A stretch of 64,000 nucleotides of DNA from Candidatus Cloacimonadales bacterium (lineage in GTDB: Bacteria > Cloacimonadota > Cloacimonadia > Cloacimonadales > JAFGVF01). Shown in pieces: positions 36,131 through 45,174 of the stretch. A model generated the notes under the pieces. That model saw only the letters and a program-made list of their open reading frames with translations, was not told where the DNA came from and searched no databases. Positions within the stretch are counted from its first letter, which is position 1, and every line of letters begins with the position of its first letter. The stretch is taken from NCBI GenBank assembly GCA_963677495.2, contig CAXXOU010000003.1:96001-160000 (forward strand), in the 5' to 3' direction. Both the position numbers and the translations under genes were made by a program.

Positions 36131-36754
36131 TTATTTAGCTTTCTTGATGTAAACAAGGCTGTTACGATGACCTGGAACAGCACCATTCAGCATAATGAGG
36201 TTGTTCTCTAAATCAACTTTAACAACTTTCAAGTTCTTCACAGTAACTCTATCCACACCCATATGTCCTGACATCTTACGGCCTTTAAGAACACGAGCAG
36301 GAGTAGCACACTGTCCGATTGAACCTGCACCTCTAAATGATTCGTGCACACCATGTGAAGCCATGAAACCACTAAAGTTGTGTCGTTTCATAACACCGGC
36401 AAAACCACGACCCTTTGATGTACCAACAACATCAACGAGCTCATTTTCCTGGAACAAGTCTACTTGGAATTGATCTTGAAGATTTACGTCTTCAAGGTTT
36501 CTTAAACGAAATTCATGCAAATAACGAAATGCAGGTGAACCGAATTTTTTGAAATAGCCGGCCATTGGCTTGTTAAGCTTCTTTTCTTTCAGTGCTTCAA
36601 AACCGAGCTGAATAGCCATATAGCCATCTCTTTCCGGGGTTTTAATGTTTACAACACTGCAAGGTCCGGCCTGGATAAGGGTTACTGGAACTATCTTGCC
36701 ATCTTCAGTGAAGATCTGAGTCATTCCAACCTTTTTACCTATTAATCCAACCAT
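36131..36754 (-). CDS. rplC: 50S ribosomal protein L3
   Basis: GKKVGMTQ, SKGRGFAG, GAVPG. Confidence 0.98.
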   Translation of the reverse strand: MVGLIGKKVGMTQIFTEDGKIVPVTLIQAGPCSVVNIKTPERDGYMAIQLGFEALKEKKLNKPMAGYFKKFGSPAFRYLHEFRLRNLEDVNLQDQFQVDLFQENELVDVVGTSKGRGFAGVMKRHNFSGFMASHGVHESFRGAGSIGQCATPARVLKGRKMSGHMGVDRVTVKNLKVVKVDLENNLIMLNGAVPGHRNSLVYIKKAK

Positions 36755-36768
36755 TACTGTCTCCTTAG

Positions 36769-37083
36769 TTATTTCGCTTTAATCTCTACGTGAACACCGG
36801 CAGGAAGACTTAATTTCTTCAGTGCCTTTGTGGTCTGAGGAGTTGGGTTAACAATATCAACCAGTCTCTTATGAACCAGCATTTGGAACTGGTCTCTAGA
36901 CTTCTTATTCACGTGAGGAGAGCGCAGAATTGTGTAAAGGGTGCGGTCTGTTGGTAATGGGATTGGACCCATAATCTTAGCACCGGTACTTTTTGTACTC
37001 TTTACGATTTCTGCAACAGATTGATCAAGCAGGCGATGGTCATACGCTTTGAGCTTGATTCTGATACGATCATTATTACTCAC
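36769..37083 (-). CDS. rpsJ: 30S ribosomal protein S10
   Basis: [30 protein letters not shown] start. Confidence 0.98.
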   Translation of the reverse strand: MSNNDRIRIKLKAYDHRLLDQSVAEIVKSTKSTGAKIMGPIPLPTDRTLYTILRSPHVNKKSRDQFQMLVHKRLVDIVNPTPQTTKALKKLSLPAGVHVEIKAK

Positions 37084-37330
37084 CTTAAACCTCCAACTTT
37101 TACATTGTGAGCGACATCCTCTTAGGCTGCATTATTCCCGAGTCAAGAGGACGCAGGTTTGATAGAACATGGGCAGATCGTGCTTATTAAGCTATTTGTC
37201 AGGACCACTCCAGTGAGTGGCTGTAATGCGTTGATTTTGTTTATAAAATCATCACGTTTCCCTGAGATCTACAAGCCCCTTCTATCGGGCTTTTTTCTTC
37301 CCCCGGCAACTTCGGGTCGTCACCAGAGTG
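37084..37330 (-). promoter_or_regulatory. Putative structured 5' leader of the S10 operon
   Basis: GC-richer than its flanks, with several hairpins (tcctctt/aagagga, agccc/gggct, ccact/agtgg). Confidence 0.45.
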
Positions 37331-37675
37331 ATTATTATTTATACAAGTCTGACAAAAATCCCCAACACTTGCATTCTGTCAAATACTTTTTCCTAGTGTT
37401 CTTAACTTTCTGTTTTTCATTGAATTGTGTATCGTGAAAATTGACTCTTAATTTTCCCTAATTGCATTTTTTTGTTTTTTCTGACATTGTGGACAAAAGT
37501 GGACACAATAGACGTTGTGCTTATAGCTTTTTTTTGCTAAACCTTGCTAATTATTTGAGAGTAATTAGAAATATAAGGAACCTCAAAATCCTTTATTCAA
37601 TTACCTTTAATCATTATTTAAAAGCAATTATCTTCTTGACTGAGTGGAATAATAGTGGACTTAGTAGGAGGTGCT

Positions 37676-38245
37676 ATGACTGACTCTAAACACCTTATTC
37701 CAAAGCATGGAGGTTATATAAAGCTTAAGAGCTTTTAAACTCTCTCAATTGGTATATGATATTACTGTAAGATTCTGTAAACGTTATATTAGTTATAAGA
37801 GTAGAACCCGTAACCAGATGGTTCAAGTCGCACGTTCCGGTGTTCAGAAGGGTCACAAGCTTCAGCGACATCGAAGAAAACTGAGTTAAAGCTGACGAAT
37901 GTAGCAAGAGCAAGTTTGGAAAAGCTTAAACTTGATTACGAAGACTATCCAAGGCAGCATGACTTATTACAATGGGATCGGCACCATCCTCTTAGACAAG
38001 AGCTTGTTAATGCAAGATGTGAATCAGCCGATGATGTTGCACAATGGATAGTGCAACATAAAACCTCATCAAACATATCCCCGAATTCATCATTATATCA
38101 GATTTATGCAGAGCTATCAGCAAACTCAGCTCTAACTCTAATTGAAGTATCATACTACCTACTGGACAAGCAAATTAGTCAGTTAGCGAAAGAATTCAAA
38201 GAAAAAGGTGGTTTCACCGAAAGATTATACAATGTAAAAAAATAA
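37676..38245 (+). pseudogene. Four-helix-bundle (IVP/S23-like) protein, frameshifted
   Basis: AGGAGG-ATG; IPKHGGY.KLKSF, then a frame change to LVYDITVRFC..SRT.NQMVQ.ARSGVQ, then a second frame change to EGSQASATSKKTELKLTNVARASLE.L.LDYED..GGFTERLY. Confidence 0.8.
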
Positions 38246-38363
38246 TCAAGATAAACAATAATCTGATTCTTAACTATGTCTACTAAGTCAATAAGTCCAC
38301 TTTTACCTACACTTATCTTCGAAAACTTAGCTAAATTCAAACTCTTTTAGCAAGTTCTCTACA

Positions 38364-38422
38364 CTTCATTCTTCATTCCTCATTCTTCACTTTCATTTTG
38401 CATTTTGCATTTTGCATTTTGC
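38364..38422. repeat. Heptamer tandem repeats (CTTCATT-like x4, CATTTTG x4)
   Basis: Directly visible. A shorter TTTTGCA run also occurs near 15363. Confidence 0.8.
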
Positions 38423-38480
38423 TTTTTTCTCATACAAGTCTGGTACGTGCTATATCAAAAACCTTGAATCTCGCTTGTCC

Positions 38481-38546
38481 CACCCTATAGCCTCCCTAGA
38501 CCCTCCCTATGAAACCCTAAAGTTATCCACATCGTGTGCATAACTT
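38481..38546. repeat. Phased CCCTA x4 followed by an inverted DnaA-box pair
   Basis: CCCTA at 38483, 38494, 38505, 38515; TTATCCACA-tcg-TGTGCATAA at 38523-38543. Confidence 0.65.
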
Positions 38547-38812
38547 AGTTAACGGAGCAAAGACGCTCTTGTAAAGACTTGGTACAGAGATGTAGTTAAC
38601 GACAAGATGATAGATTATAACAATTGAAAGGGGCATTTAACATGCCCCGATTTATTTAGTAATAAGTATGAGTAGAAACGTTCAAACTTAGGTTGATATC
38701 AAGTTTTCTAACCTGAAGCACCAGTTTCGCAATTCTCCAAGCTCGTAAACTCACACAGGTGACTACTACAGTCCGGATGTCTGAGGTCCAAGGCCAAGTA
38801 GGAATGCTTGAT

Positions 38813-39175
38813 TTACATTGTTGAGTCCGGAGTAGCTTCTACTTTTACTTCTTCAGTAACCTCTGGTTCTTTCTCAATCTCGACTTCTTTCTTGATAATC
38901 TTTGTCTTAGTTTTGCTTCCACCACCACTATGTGTATGGGAGTGACCACCTGCAGTGAAGAGTATTTTAGTTAATACTGTAAGGCCTAGTGCTTGAAGAA
39001 GGGTTATCTTCTTTAGACCAAAGATTTCCGGCATAAGACCGTTCCATAGTGCTTTAACAATTGCACTAACTCCTGTGATTAGACCTGTGGCACCTATTAA
39101 TCCTAAAGCTACGAGTCCTACTATTTTTGGGGCATTCATCTTTCCATTGTTGATTGGACAATTAAACAGTTTCAT
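38813..39175 (-). CDS. Small membrane protein co-encoded with an ECF sigma factor (putative anti-sigma)
   Basis: TM helices with LWN.LMPEIFGL..I...QALGL..L.KILF; overlaps the sigma gene end. Confidence 0.65.
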   Translation of the reverse strand: MKLFNCPINNGKMNAPKIVGLVALGLIGATGLITGVSAIVKALWNGLMPEIFGLKKITLLQALGLTVLTKILFTAGGHSHTHSGGGSKTKTKIIKKEVEIEKEPEVTEEVKVEATPDSTM

Positions 39176-39695
39176 TGTTCTCCTCCATTGTCTCTATAAT
39201 TCGTTTAAGGTTTTTCATTCCTCGAGCCTTCCTTGAAAGAAGAGTATTGAGTGAAATATTAAGCTCTACTGCTATAACTCTCAGCTTCTTCCCCTTCAGC
39301 TCGTTTTCTATTATCACGTATCTTTGATTCTCGGGTAGAAGTTCTAAGGCTTCATAAAGAAACTCAGCGGGGTCAATATCATCATCTGCTTCAATAGATG
39401 TGATAAGGTTGATAAATTCATCAGATGAGTTTGCGTTTAGAGTAGAATTCAAGCTAACCGGTTCTCTAACAGCTTTCCTTAGCTCATCTATGAGTTGATT
39501 TTTAAGGGAACGATAAACATATCCAGTAAAATTCTTAACAGGAGCTACAAAATCGGTCTTATTGAGCAAATTGAGCATCACATCCTGAACAATATCCTCT
39601 TCATCCTTATAAGATAGGTTATTGATCCGATTTCGGACATAACCAGTCATGCTCTTGTAATTATCTTCCCAGAATTTAGTTAGTTTCTTTTTCAT
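39162..39695 (-). CDS. ECF-type RNA polymerase sigma factor
   Basis: Region 2 EDIVQDV, Y.YRSLKN..ID..R; region 4 LPENQR, ISLNTLLSRK.RG. Confidence 0.9.
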   Translation of the reverse strand: MKKKLTKFWEDNYKSMTGYVRNRINNLSYKDEEDIVQDVMLNLLNKTDFVAPVKNFTGYVYRSLKNQLIDELRKAVREPVSLNSTLNANSSDEFINLITSIEADDDIDPAEFLYEALELLPENQRYVIIENELKGKKLRVIAVELNISLNTLLSRKARGMKNLKRIIETMEENNETV

Positions 39696-39713
39696 TTTCG
39701 TTCCTCATATATT

Positions 39714-39741
39714 ATAACGAAGGAAGTGAAGATTTATTGCA
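39714..39741 (-). promoter_or_regulatory. Putative ECF-type (autoregulatory) promoter
   Basis: TGCAAT-N16-CGTTAT ending 18 bp upstream of the sigma ATG. Confidence 0.55.
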
Positions 39742-39960
39742 AATAAAATGTTTAAGTATTTCTTTCTGCAAGAGAGCAACAAACTAGATATGGGTTCACG
39801 ATCCTTGATCTAGTATTATGTTTCTCTATCGGATGACCGATTTAGCTTTAGAACTTACCAATGCAAGTTCCAGTAACAATGTCACCCTGAGCGGAGATGA
39901 ACGAAATGCAATGAAGTGAGTGAAGTCGAATGGGTTGCTTGTATGACTTTAGTAGAAATC

Positions 39961-40074
39961 TGTAGCAGTCACCATTACGACCTACGGGAGTTCGGGGAAA
40001 TGCGACTTCGAAGTACGAAATGTATAAGTGTCGCATTTCCCCAAGCTCGTAAACTCGCACAGGTGACTGCTATA
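39961..40074. repeat. 114-bp hairpin/REP-like element; partial direct copy at 38727-38770
   Basis: tgtagcagtcacc / ggtgactgctata ends; inner ggggaaatgcgac / gtcgcatttcccc. The 3' 44 bp match 38727-38770 at 39/44. Confidence 0.7.
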
Positions 40075-40178
40075 AATGACGCTTGGAGTCGAGTTCCCGT
40101 TGGTCGTAAGAACTCGAGCTAGGGTTCCAATTCGAGCAAGGGTACTCGGGTTACATTGGAACAACTCGGAGTGTCGTT

Positions 40179-40652
40179 TTACAAGTTGACTAAGAGAACT
40201 ACAGCTGTTGAGCTGATGCCTTGTTCTTTACCAGTAAAACCTAAACTTTCTTCAGTTGTTGCTTTTACAGATACATTGTCGATACAAGTATCTAAGTCTT
40301 CTGCAATATTCTTACGCATAGAATGAATATAAGGTTTTAATTTAGGTTTTTGAGCACATACAGTTACATCTAAGTTTCCTAAAGCATAGCCTTTAGAATG
40401 CATTAAATCGCATACATGCCTAAGTAAAACTCTACTATCTGCACCTTTATACTTATCATCAGTATCAGGAAAATGTGTACCAATATCACCAAGAGCTAAC
40501 GCTCCAAGGATTGCATCCATAACTGCATGTAATACAACATCCGCATCTGAATGACCTAATAAACCAAGATTATGAGAGATCTCTACTCCACCTAAGATTA
40601 GCTTTCTACCTTCTACTAATTTATGAACATCATAACCATGACCAATACGCAT
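40179..40652 (-). CDS. ispF: 2-C-methyl-D-erythritol 2,4-cyclodiphosphate synthase
   Basis: [25 protein letters not shown]. Confidence 0.97.
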   Translation of the reverse strand: MRIGHGYDVHKLVEGRKLILGGVEISHNLGLLGHSDADVVLHAVMDAILGALALGDIGTHFPDTDDKYKGADSRVLLRHVCDLMHSKGYALGNLDVTVCAQKPKLKPYIHSMRKNIAEDLDTCIDNVSVKATTEESLGFTGKEQGISSTAVVLLVNL

Positions 40653-40670
40653 ATTTGCTCCTATAGTAAT

Positions 40671-40695
40671 AAAGGGGCATTAGCTGCCCCTTTTT
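40671..40695. terminator. Terminator-like hairpin downstream of glmS
   Basis: aaaggggca-ttagc-tgcccctttt. Confidence 0.5.
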
Positions 40696-40716
40696 GTTAG
40701 ATAATCTATTAAACTG

Positions 40717-40769
40717 CCCCTCACCCGGCATCCTTAAGGGATGCCGACCTCTCCCCAGAGGGGCGAGGT
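40717..40769. repeat. GC-rich REP-like double hairpin
   Basis: cccctcacc-cggcatcc-ttaag-ggatgccg-acctctcccc-aga-ggggcgaggt. Confidence 0.6.
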
Positions 40770-40784
40770 AATACAAAGGCAATA

Positions 40785-43520
40785 CTAATCTACTGTGATA
40801 GACTTTGAAACATTCTTTGGAACATCCGGATGTACACCATGATCTTGAATTTTCATTCTGTCAAGGTACTCCATCTTTCTTATGCTCATTTTAAGTGCTA
40901 ATTGTTGCAATACCATCGATGATGAGAAGCAAACCATGATGTTGTCATCTGTCTTTGGTAGCGGTATATATAACCAATGATAGTATTTCTTGCCATCAAA
41001 TGGGTCTTGAGAACAGTTTTGGAATAGTTTCTCGTTATACTCAGCAATAACATAGGTGTTAGCACCTCTAATCTTATGCGTGTTAATCTGTGAAACAGTA
41101 AGATTCACGTCTCTCTCATCCGGTCCTGTAACATAGATGAGAGGGTAGTTTCTAAACATGCATTCAAAGTCAGTACTCTTTGCAATCATATCTTTAAATA
41201 GTTGAGTTCCTTTTTTTGAGAGATTGAAAGGCATAATTTGTGTATACGTAAAGTTCAATAGTTCACGAATAATCTTTCCAACCTCTTCAGGTTCAATACC
41301 TCTATTCTTAGCTTCTACAGCAACATCATCAATTACGCTAACTATGTTTTTGTACAATGAACGAAGACTCTTCATACCAAAAACAGTGTTCTTGCCAAGA
41401 ATGGTATTGGGACCATGTTTAAACTCAGAAGCTTCTCTACCTTCAGCATGGTTGAGTACAGTTTCGCGTATCTTAAGGGCTCCTTCCATAGCCACGCCAC
41501 TAATCTTAGTTGCAAGTAGGTGAAGTGAAGGTTCAAGATATATCTTCTTAGCAAGTTCATTAACCAAGTCATCTGTAGATTTGATTGTCACTTCAAGTAG
41601 AGCCGGAATCTTTCTCAGATTGTCTCTGTTCTTCTGTAAAGTAGATTCTATTCTTTCAATCTCTCTCTTACAGCACTTTTCCTCTTTCATTACTTCCAAC
41701 TTCATTTCAGCTGTCTTAATAGCAAGATAGAAGAAAATAGTAATCTGGTTAATGAAGCTCTTTGTTGCAGGAACAGCAATTTCCGGTCCACAGAAGATAG
41801 GAATAGCAACATCACTCTTCTCCTGACCCAATGTGGAATTCACATTATTTACTAGAACAGCACGTGTAATTTGAAGTTGGGAATCGATAATATCATTATA
41901 GATATCAATTAAGTCTTTTGTTTCACCGCTCTGGGAAACGCCAACTACAAGATCACCATCTTTAATACTATGGGAATACTCTCCTCTGAAATCACCGGGA
42001 AGTATTGGAATTATCTCAAAACCTGCTATTTCGTTGAAGAAATGTGCACCAATCTTAGTAGCATGATATGAAGTACCACAAGCAATTGAATATACAACTC
42101 CTCTCTTTTTAAGAGTATTCTTAAGAAGTGACATAAAGAGCTGTACTTTCTGATCGAACTCCTCAACATCTTTTACTTCAATGATTGAATCAAGTGCTTT
42201 AGAGAAAAGTAAACGTTTCTTATCAAACTCAGCTCCTGCTAACTCAATGAATAAGTTCTTTTCACTTGAGAAGAAATATTTTTCAATAAAGTTCTCTTTG
42301 ACAAGTTCATCGTAGATTGGAGCATATTTAGCTTCTATTTCAATCATCAGTTTCTCAGAATCTTCGGAATTAATAAATTCATCGTAGAGTTTCTGTTGAG
42401 CAGAGAATTTCGCTTGTTTTAGAATCTTTTCACTAATCTTTGTGATGTTCTTTCTCAATGACTCTTTATCAAGTAATTCAAGCATACGTCTACCGGTATT
42501 TGAGCCACCATCAAACATCTTTATAAGCTTTCCGGTAGATTCAACTTCAGCATGTATTTCCTGTTCCATAAAGTATTTGTATGGAGGGATAAGCTCTGTG
42601 TCTTCTGCTCTAAGTTTAGAACGGATAACTTTCTTCTCAATCTTCTGACCGCTCTTATAGATTTCATCATCTTTCTCAACATGTCTGAAAACTAAGTCCT
42701 TCTGGGCAAATATTTGATAAGCTCCTGGAGTATACTCAACAAACTCACCTTCACGTAAATTAACTAAATCCTTTGTGAATCTCAATACAGAAGTTAAATC
42801 GGAAGAAGCAAGAGAGAAGGGATTACCATCAATAACACCAACACCAAAGTACAGGCTTGAGCCGGCTTTTATCGCCCAACTTGTTTCAGTCATCGGATCA
42901 ACAATAACTGCTGCATAAGAGCCAACAGCTCTTTTAGCTGCACTTTGAATTGCAGTACGCATGGATTGAAGTCTTTTATCTTTCTTGCTCTGATCTGCTT
43001 TGGGAAGTTTGTTTAGTTCAATATCAAAGTAGTGTTCAATTGCATGTACAAGCATTTCTCCGTCATTATCAGAAAGAACTGTGTGACCATCTTTGGATAA
43101 GAAATCTTTAAGCTCTCTAGTATTTGTTATGTTTCCATTATGAGCACCGTAGATATTTCTACGACACTTAACTCTATGTGGCTGAGCATTCTTCTTATCA
43201 ACTGCACCAAATGTTGCCCATCTTACCTGACCACAGAAAAGTTTACCTTCCTGTTTCTCTATACCAAGTGTTTTAACGAGTGTACTTGGAGCACCAACAT
43301 CTTTTAAAAGCGTTATGTTTCCCTTATCATCTTGGAATACACCACCTGTTGAATCATATCCTCTGTATTCCAATGCCCTAAGCAATCTGCTTGAGTATTC
43401 ACCAAGTTTAAAAGTACTATCTTTTAAACTAAGACCAAGCACCCCACAACCGATACCAAAGATAGGTATTTTGACTTTAATTTCAACATTAGCCAATTTT
43501 CTAAGTATTTTCTTTATCAT
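40785..43520 (-). CDS. glmS: Glutamine--fructose-6-phosphate aminotransferase, atypically long (911 aa)
   Basis: LEYRGYDS, RWAT.G, HNGNITN, ACGTSYHA, SQSGET.D, VPATKSF, EGALKI.E, EFKHGP, PKNVSKSITVD. Confidence 0.88.
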   Translation of the reverse strand: MIKKILRKLANVEIKVKIPIFGIGCGVLGLSLKDSTFKLGEYSSRLLRALEYRGYDSTGGVFQDDKGNITLLKDVGAPSTLVKTLGIEKQEGKLFCGQVRWATFGAVDKKNAQPHRVKCRRNIYGAHNGNITNTRELKDFLSKDGHTVLSDNDGEMLVHAIEHYFDIELNKLPKADQSKKDKRLQSMRTAIQSAAKRAVGSYAAVIVDPMTETSWAIKAGSSLYFGVGVIDGNPFSLASSDLTSVLRFTKDLVNLREGEFVEYTPGAYQIFAQKDLVFRHVEKDDEIYKSGQKIEKKVIRSKLRAEDTELIPPYKYFMEQEIHAEVESTGKLIKMFDGGSNTGRRMLELLDKESLRKNITKISEKILKQAKFSAQQKLYDEFINSEDSEKLMIEIEAKYAPIYDELVKENFIEKYFFSSEKNLFIELAGAEFDKKRLLFSKALDSIIEVKDVEEFDQKVQLFMSLLKNTLKKRGVVYSIACGTSYHATKIGAHFFNEIAGFEIIPILPGDFRGEYSHSIKDGDLVVGVSQSGETKDLIDIYNDIIDSQLQITRAVLVNNVNSTLGQEKSDVAIPIFCGPEIAVPATKSFINQITIFFYLAIKTAEMKLEVMKEEKCCKREIERIESTLQKNRDNLRKIPALLEVTIKSTDDLVNELAKKIYLEPSLHLLATKISGVAMEGALKIRETVLNHAEGREASEFKHGPNTILGKNTVFGMKSLRSLYKNIVSVIDDVAVEAKNRGIEPEEVGKIIRELLNFTYTQIMPFNLSKKGTQLFKDMIAKSTDFECMFRNYPLIYVTGPDERDVNLTVSQINTHKIRGANTYVIAEYNEKLFQNCSQDPFDGKKYYHWLYIPLPKTDDNIMVCFSSSMVLQQLALKMSIRKMEYLDRMKIQDHGVHPDVPKNVSKSITVD

Positions 43521-44212
43521 TATAACTCCGATTTATTCTCATTGATTAGTATTTTAGCTACCTCCAAATCAAGAGAATTGGTTATTTTTAAATTATTTAT
43601 TTCAGTTTCCAGTACATGCACCGGTTTATCAAAAATCTCATATATAGAAGCATCATCTGTGAATAAGGTTCCGGTTTCAATAGCTTTCAAATAGAATCCC
43701 ATTAATTCTTTATAGGGGAAAACTTGTGGAGTATGTACTTCTCTTAATGTTTCCCTTGGGATAGTTACTTTAACTAAGTCTCCAGTAACCTCTTTGATTG
43801 TGTATTTCACTTTTGATACAGGAATTACAGCCCCTTTCTCATCGGCAATAGATATAAGCTCAGAGATAAGTTTATCAGTAACAAATGGTCTAACTCCATC
43901 ATGAATAAGTACATTATCAGTTATTTTAGGGACACTTTTTAAGGCATTATACACCGAGTTCTGTCGTTCGTTTCCACCAATACAGCAAGTAATTTTTTCA
44001 GCACTAAATCTTCCATACAAAGCTGATTCAAATGATTCAATATCATCTTCTGGTAATGACACAACAATGTGATTTATAAGTCTATGACTATAGAATTTAT
44101 TGATCGTATGAAACAAGATAGGCTGGCCATTAAGTTCTCTATATTGCTTCTTCACATCCCCAGGTAATCTTTTTCCAGTACCCCCGGCAGTAATCACAAC
44201 AGTATTAAACAA
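43520..44212 (-). CDS. ispD: 2-C-methyl-D-erythritol 4-phosphate cytidylyltransferase
   Basis: AGG.GKR..KQY, RQNSV, HDGVRPF, TPQ.F, TDDAS, N.KIT. Confidence 0.95.
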   Translation of the reverse strand: MFNTVVITAGGTGKRLPGDVKKQYRELNGQPILFHTINKFYSHRLINHIVVSLPEDDIESFESALYGRFSAEKITCCIGGNERQNSVYNALKSVPKITDNVLIHDGVRPFVTDKLISELISIADEKGAVIPVSKVKYTIKEVTGDLVKVTIPRETLREVHTPQVFPYKELMGFYLKAIETGTLFTDDASIYEIFDKPVHVLETEINNLKITNSLDLEVAKILINENKSEL

Positions 44213-44214
44213 TA

Positions 44215-45168
44215 CTACCCCTTGATTCTATAAAAAGTTCCTCTTTCTTCTCGAACTGCTTCAATCTTTTCTTTTGTAAGCAAACTGTGAAGAACTTTAT
44301 TTACTTCATTTATATGACTATTTAGTGTTAGAGAAAGATCCTTACAAGTGCAAGGTCTCCTACTTATCATGCTAAGTATTTGATCTACTAAGTTGGCATT
44401 AAAGTTTTCGTAATCAACCTTAGTCTTAGCTCGAGCAATAATCTCAATTTGAGTATCAAACTCAAGATTATTAACAAAGTAGCTTTTAATTTCCTCTAAC
44501 CGTCCACGGGACATCATTTTCACCCATGCTTCCACACCTGGTCTATCTAGCGAATTTAACTGAACTCTATCCGGTTTGATTCGATTAATCGCATCAATTA
44601 ATAGTTTTAATTCTTCAGCAGAATCATTGACACTCTCAATCATGAATATTTCGAGCCATATTTGCCCATTAAAAACTGGTCTTAGTTCAACTAATGCATC
44701 TACAACATCTTCTATCACAACTTGCTCATTAGGTCTATTCATAACCTGAAAAGCCTCATGACTAACAGCATCTAAAGATGGCATAATCAAATCCAAATCT
44801 AAGACATTCTTAAAAACTTCATAATCCGGCAACATTACGCTGTTTGTTATCAATGCAAGTTTGTATTGGGGATATGTTGCTTTTATGTATTGAATCATAT
44901 CTCCGATACGACTGAATAGAGTAGGTTCACCGGACCCGGAGAACGTGATATAATCTAATTTAGGATTATTGCTAATAAAGTGATCAAGTTCAGATATTAT
45001 TTCATCATAAGAAACATACTCTTTTTTCTCAATTGTCAGATCGGTAGTCTCACCAACTTCACAATATACACAATTTAAAGGGCAAACCTTATAAGGTACC
45101 AAATCTATACCCAAAGAGACACCAAGTCTCCTCGAAATTACAGGTCCAAAAAGATGCTTATAATTCAT
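44215..45168 (-). CDS. Radical SAM protein (COG0731-like)
   Basis: FGPV.SRRLG.SLGID, CPLNCVYC, SGSGEPTL. Confidence 0.85.
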   Translation of the reverse strand: MNYKHLFGPVISRRLGVSLGIDLVPYKVCPLNCVYCEVGETTDLTIEKKEYVSYDEIISELDHFISNNPKLDYITFSGSGEPTLFSRIGDMIQYIKATYPQYKLALITNSVMLPDYEVFKNVLDLDLIMPSLDAVSHEAFQVMNRPNEQVVIEDVVDALVELRPVFNGQIWLEIFMIESVNDSAEELKLLIDAINRIKPDRVQLNSLDRPGVEAWVKMMSRGRLEEIKSYFVNNLEFDTQIEIIARAKTKVDYENFNANLVDQILSMISRRPCTCKDLSLTLNSHINEVNKVLHSLLTKEKIEAVREERGTFYRIKG

Positions 45169-45174
45169 AATTAT

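Noticed and set aside
22811..37083. Many short antisense and alternate-frame ORFs over ribosomal genes
   Set aside because: Shadow ORFs of highly conserved genes, without RBS or recognisable motifs.
37159..37683. ORFs 37159..37437 and 37462..37683
   Set aside because: TTG starts, low-complexity translations, and overlap with the probable S10 leader/promoter region.
41150..42500. Inteins in GlmS
   Set aside because: No C/S start with HN-C/S/T end and no LAGLIDADG motifs visible.
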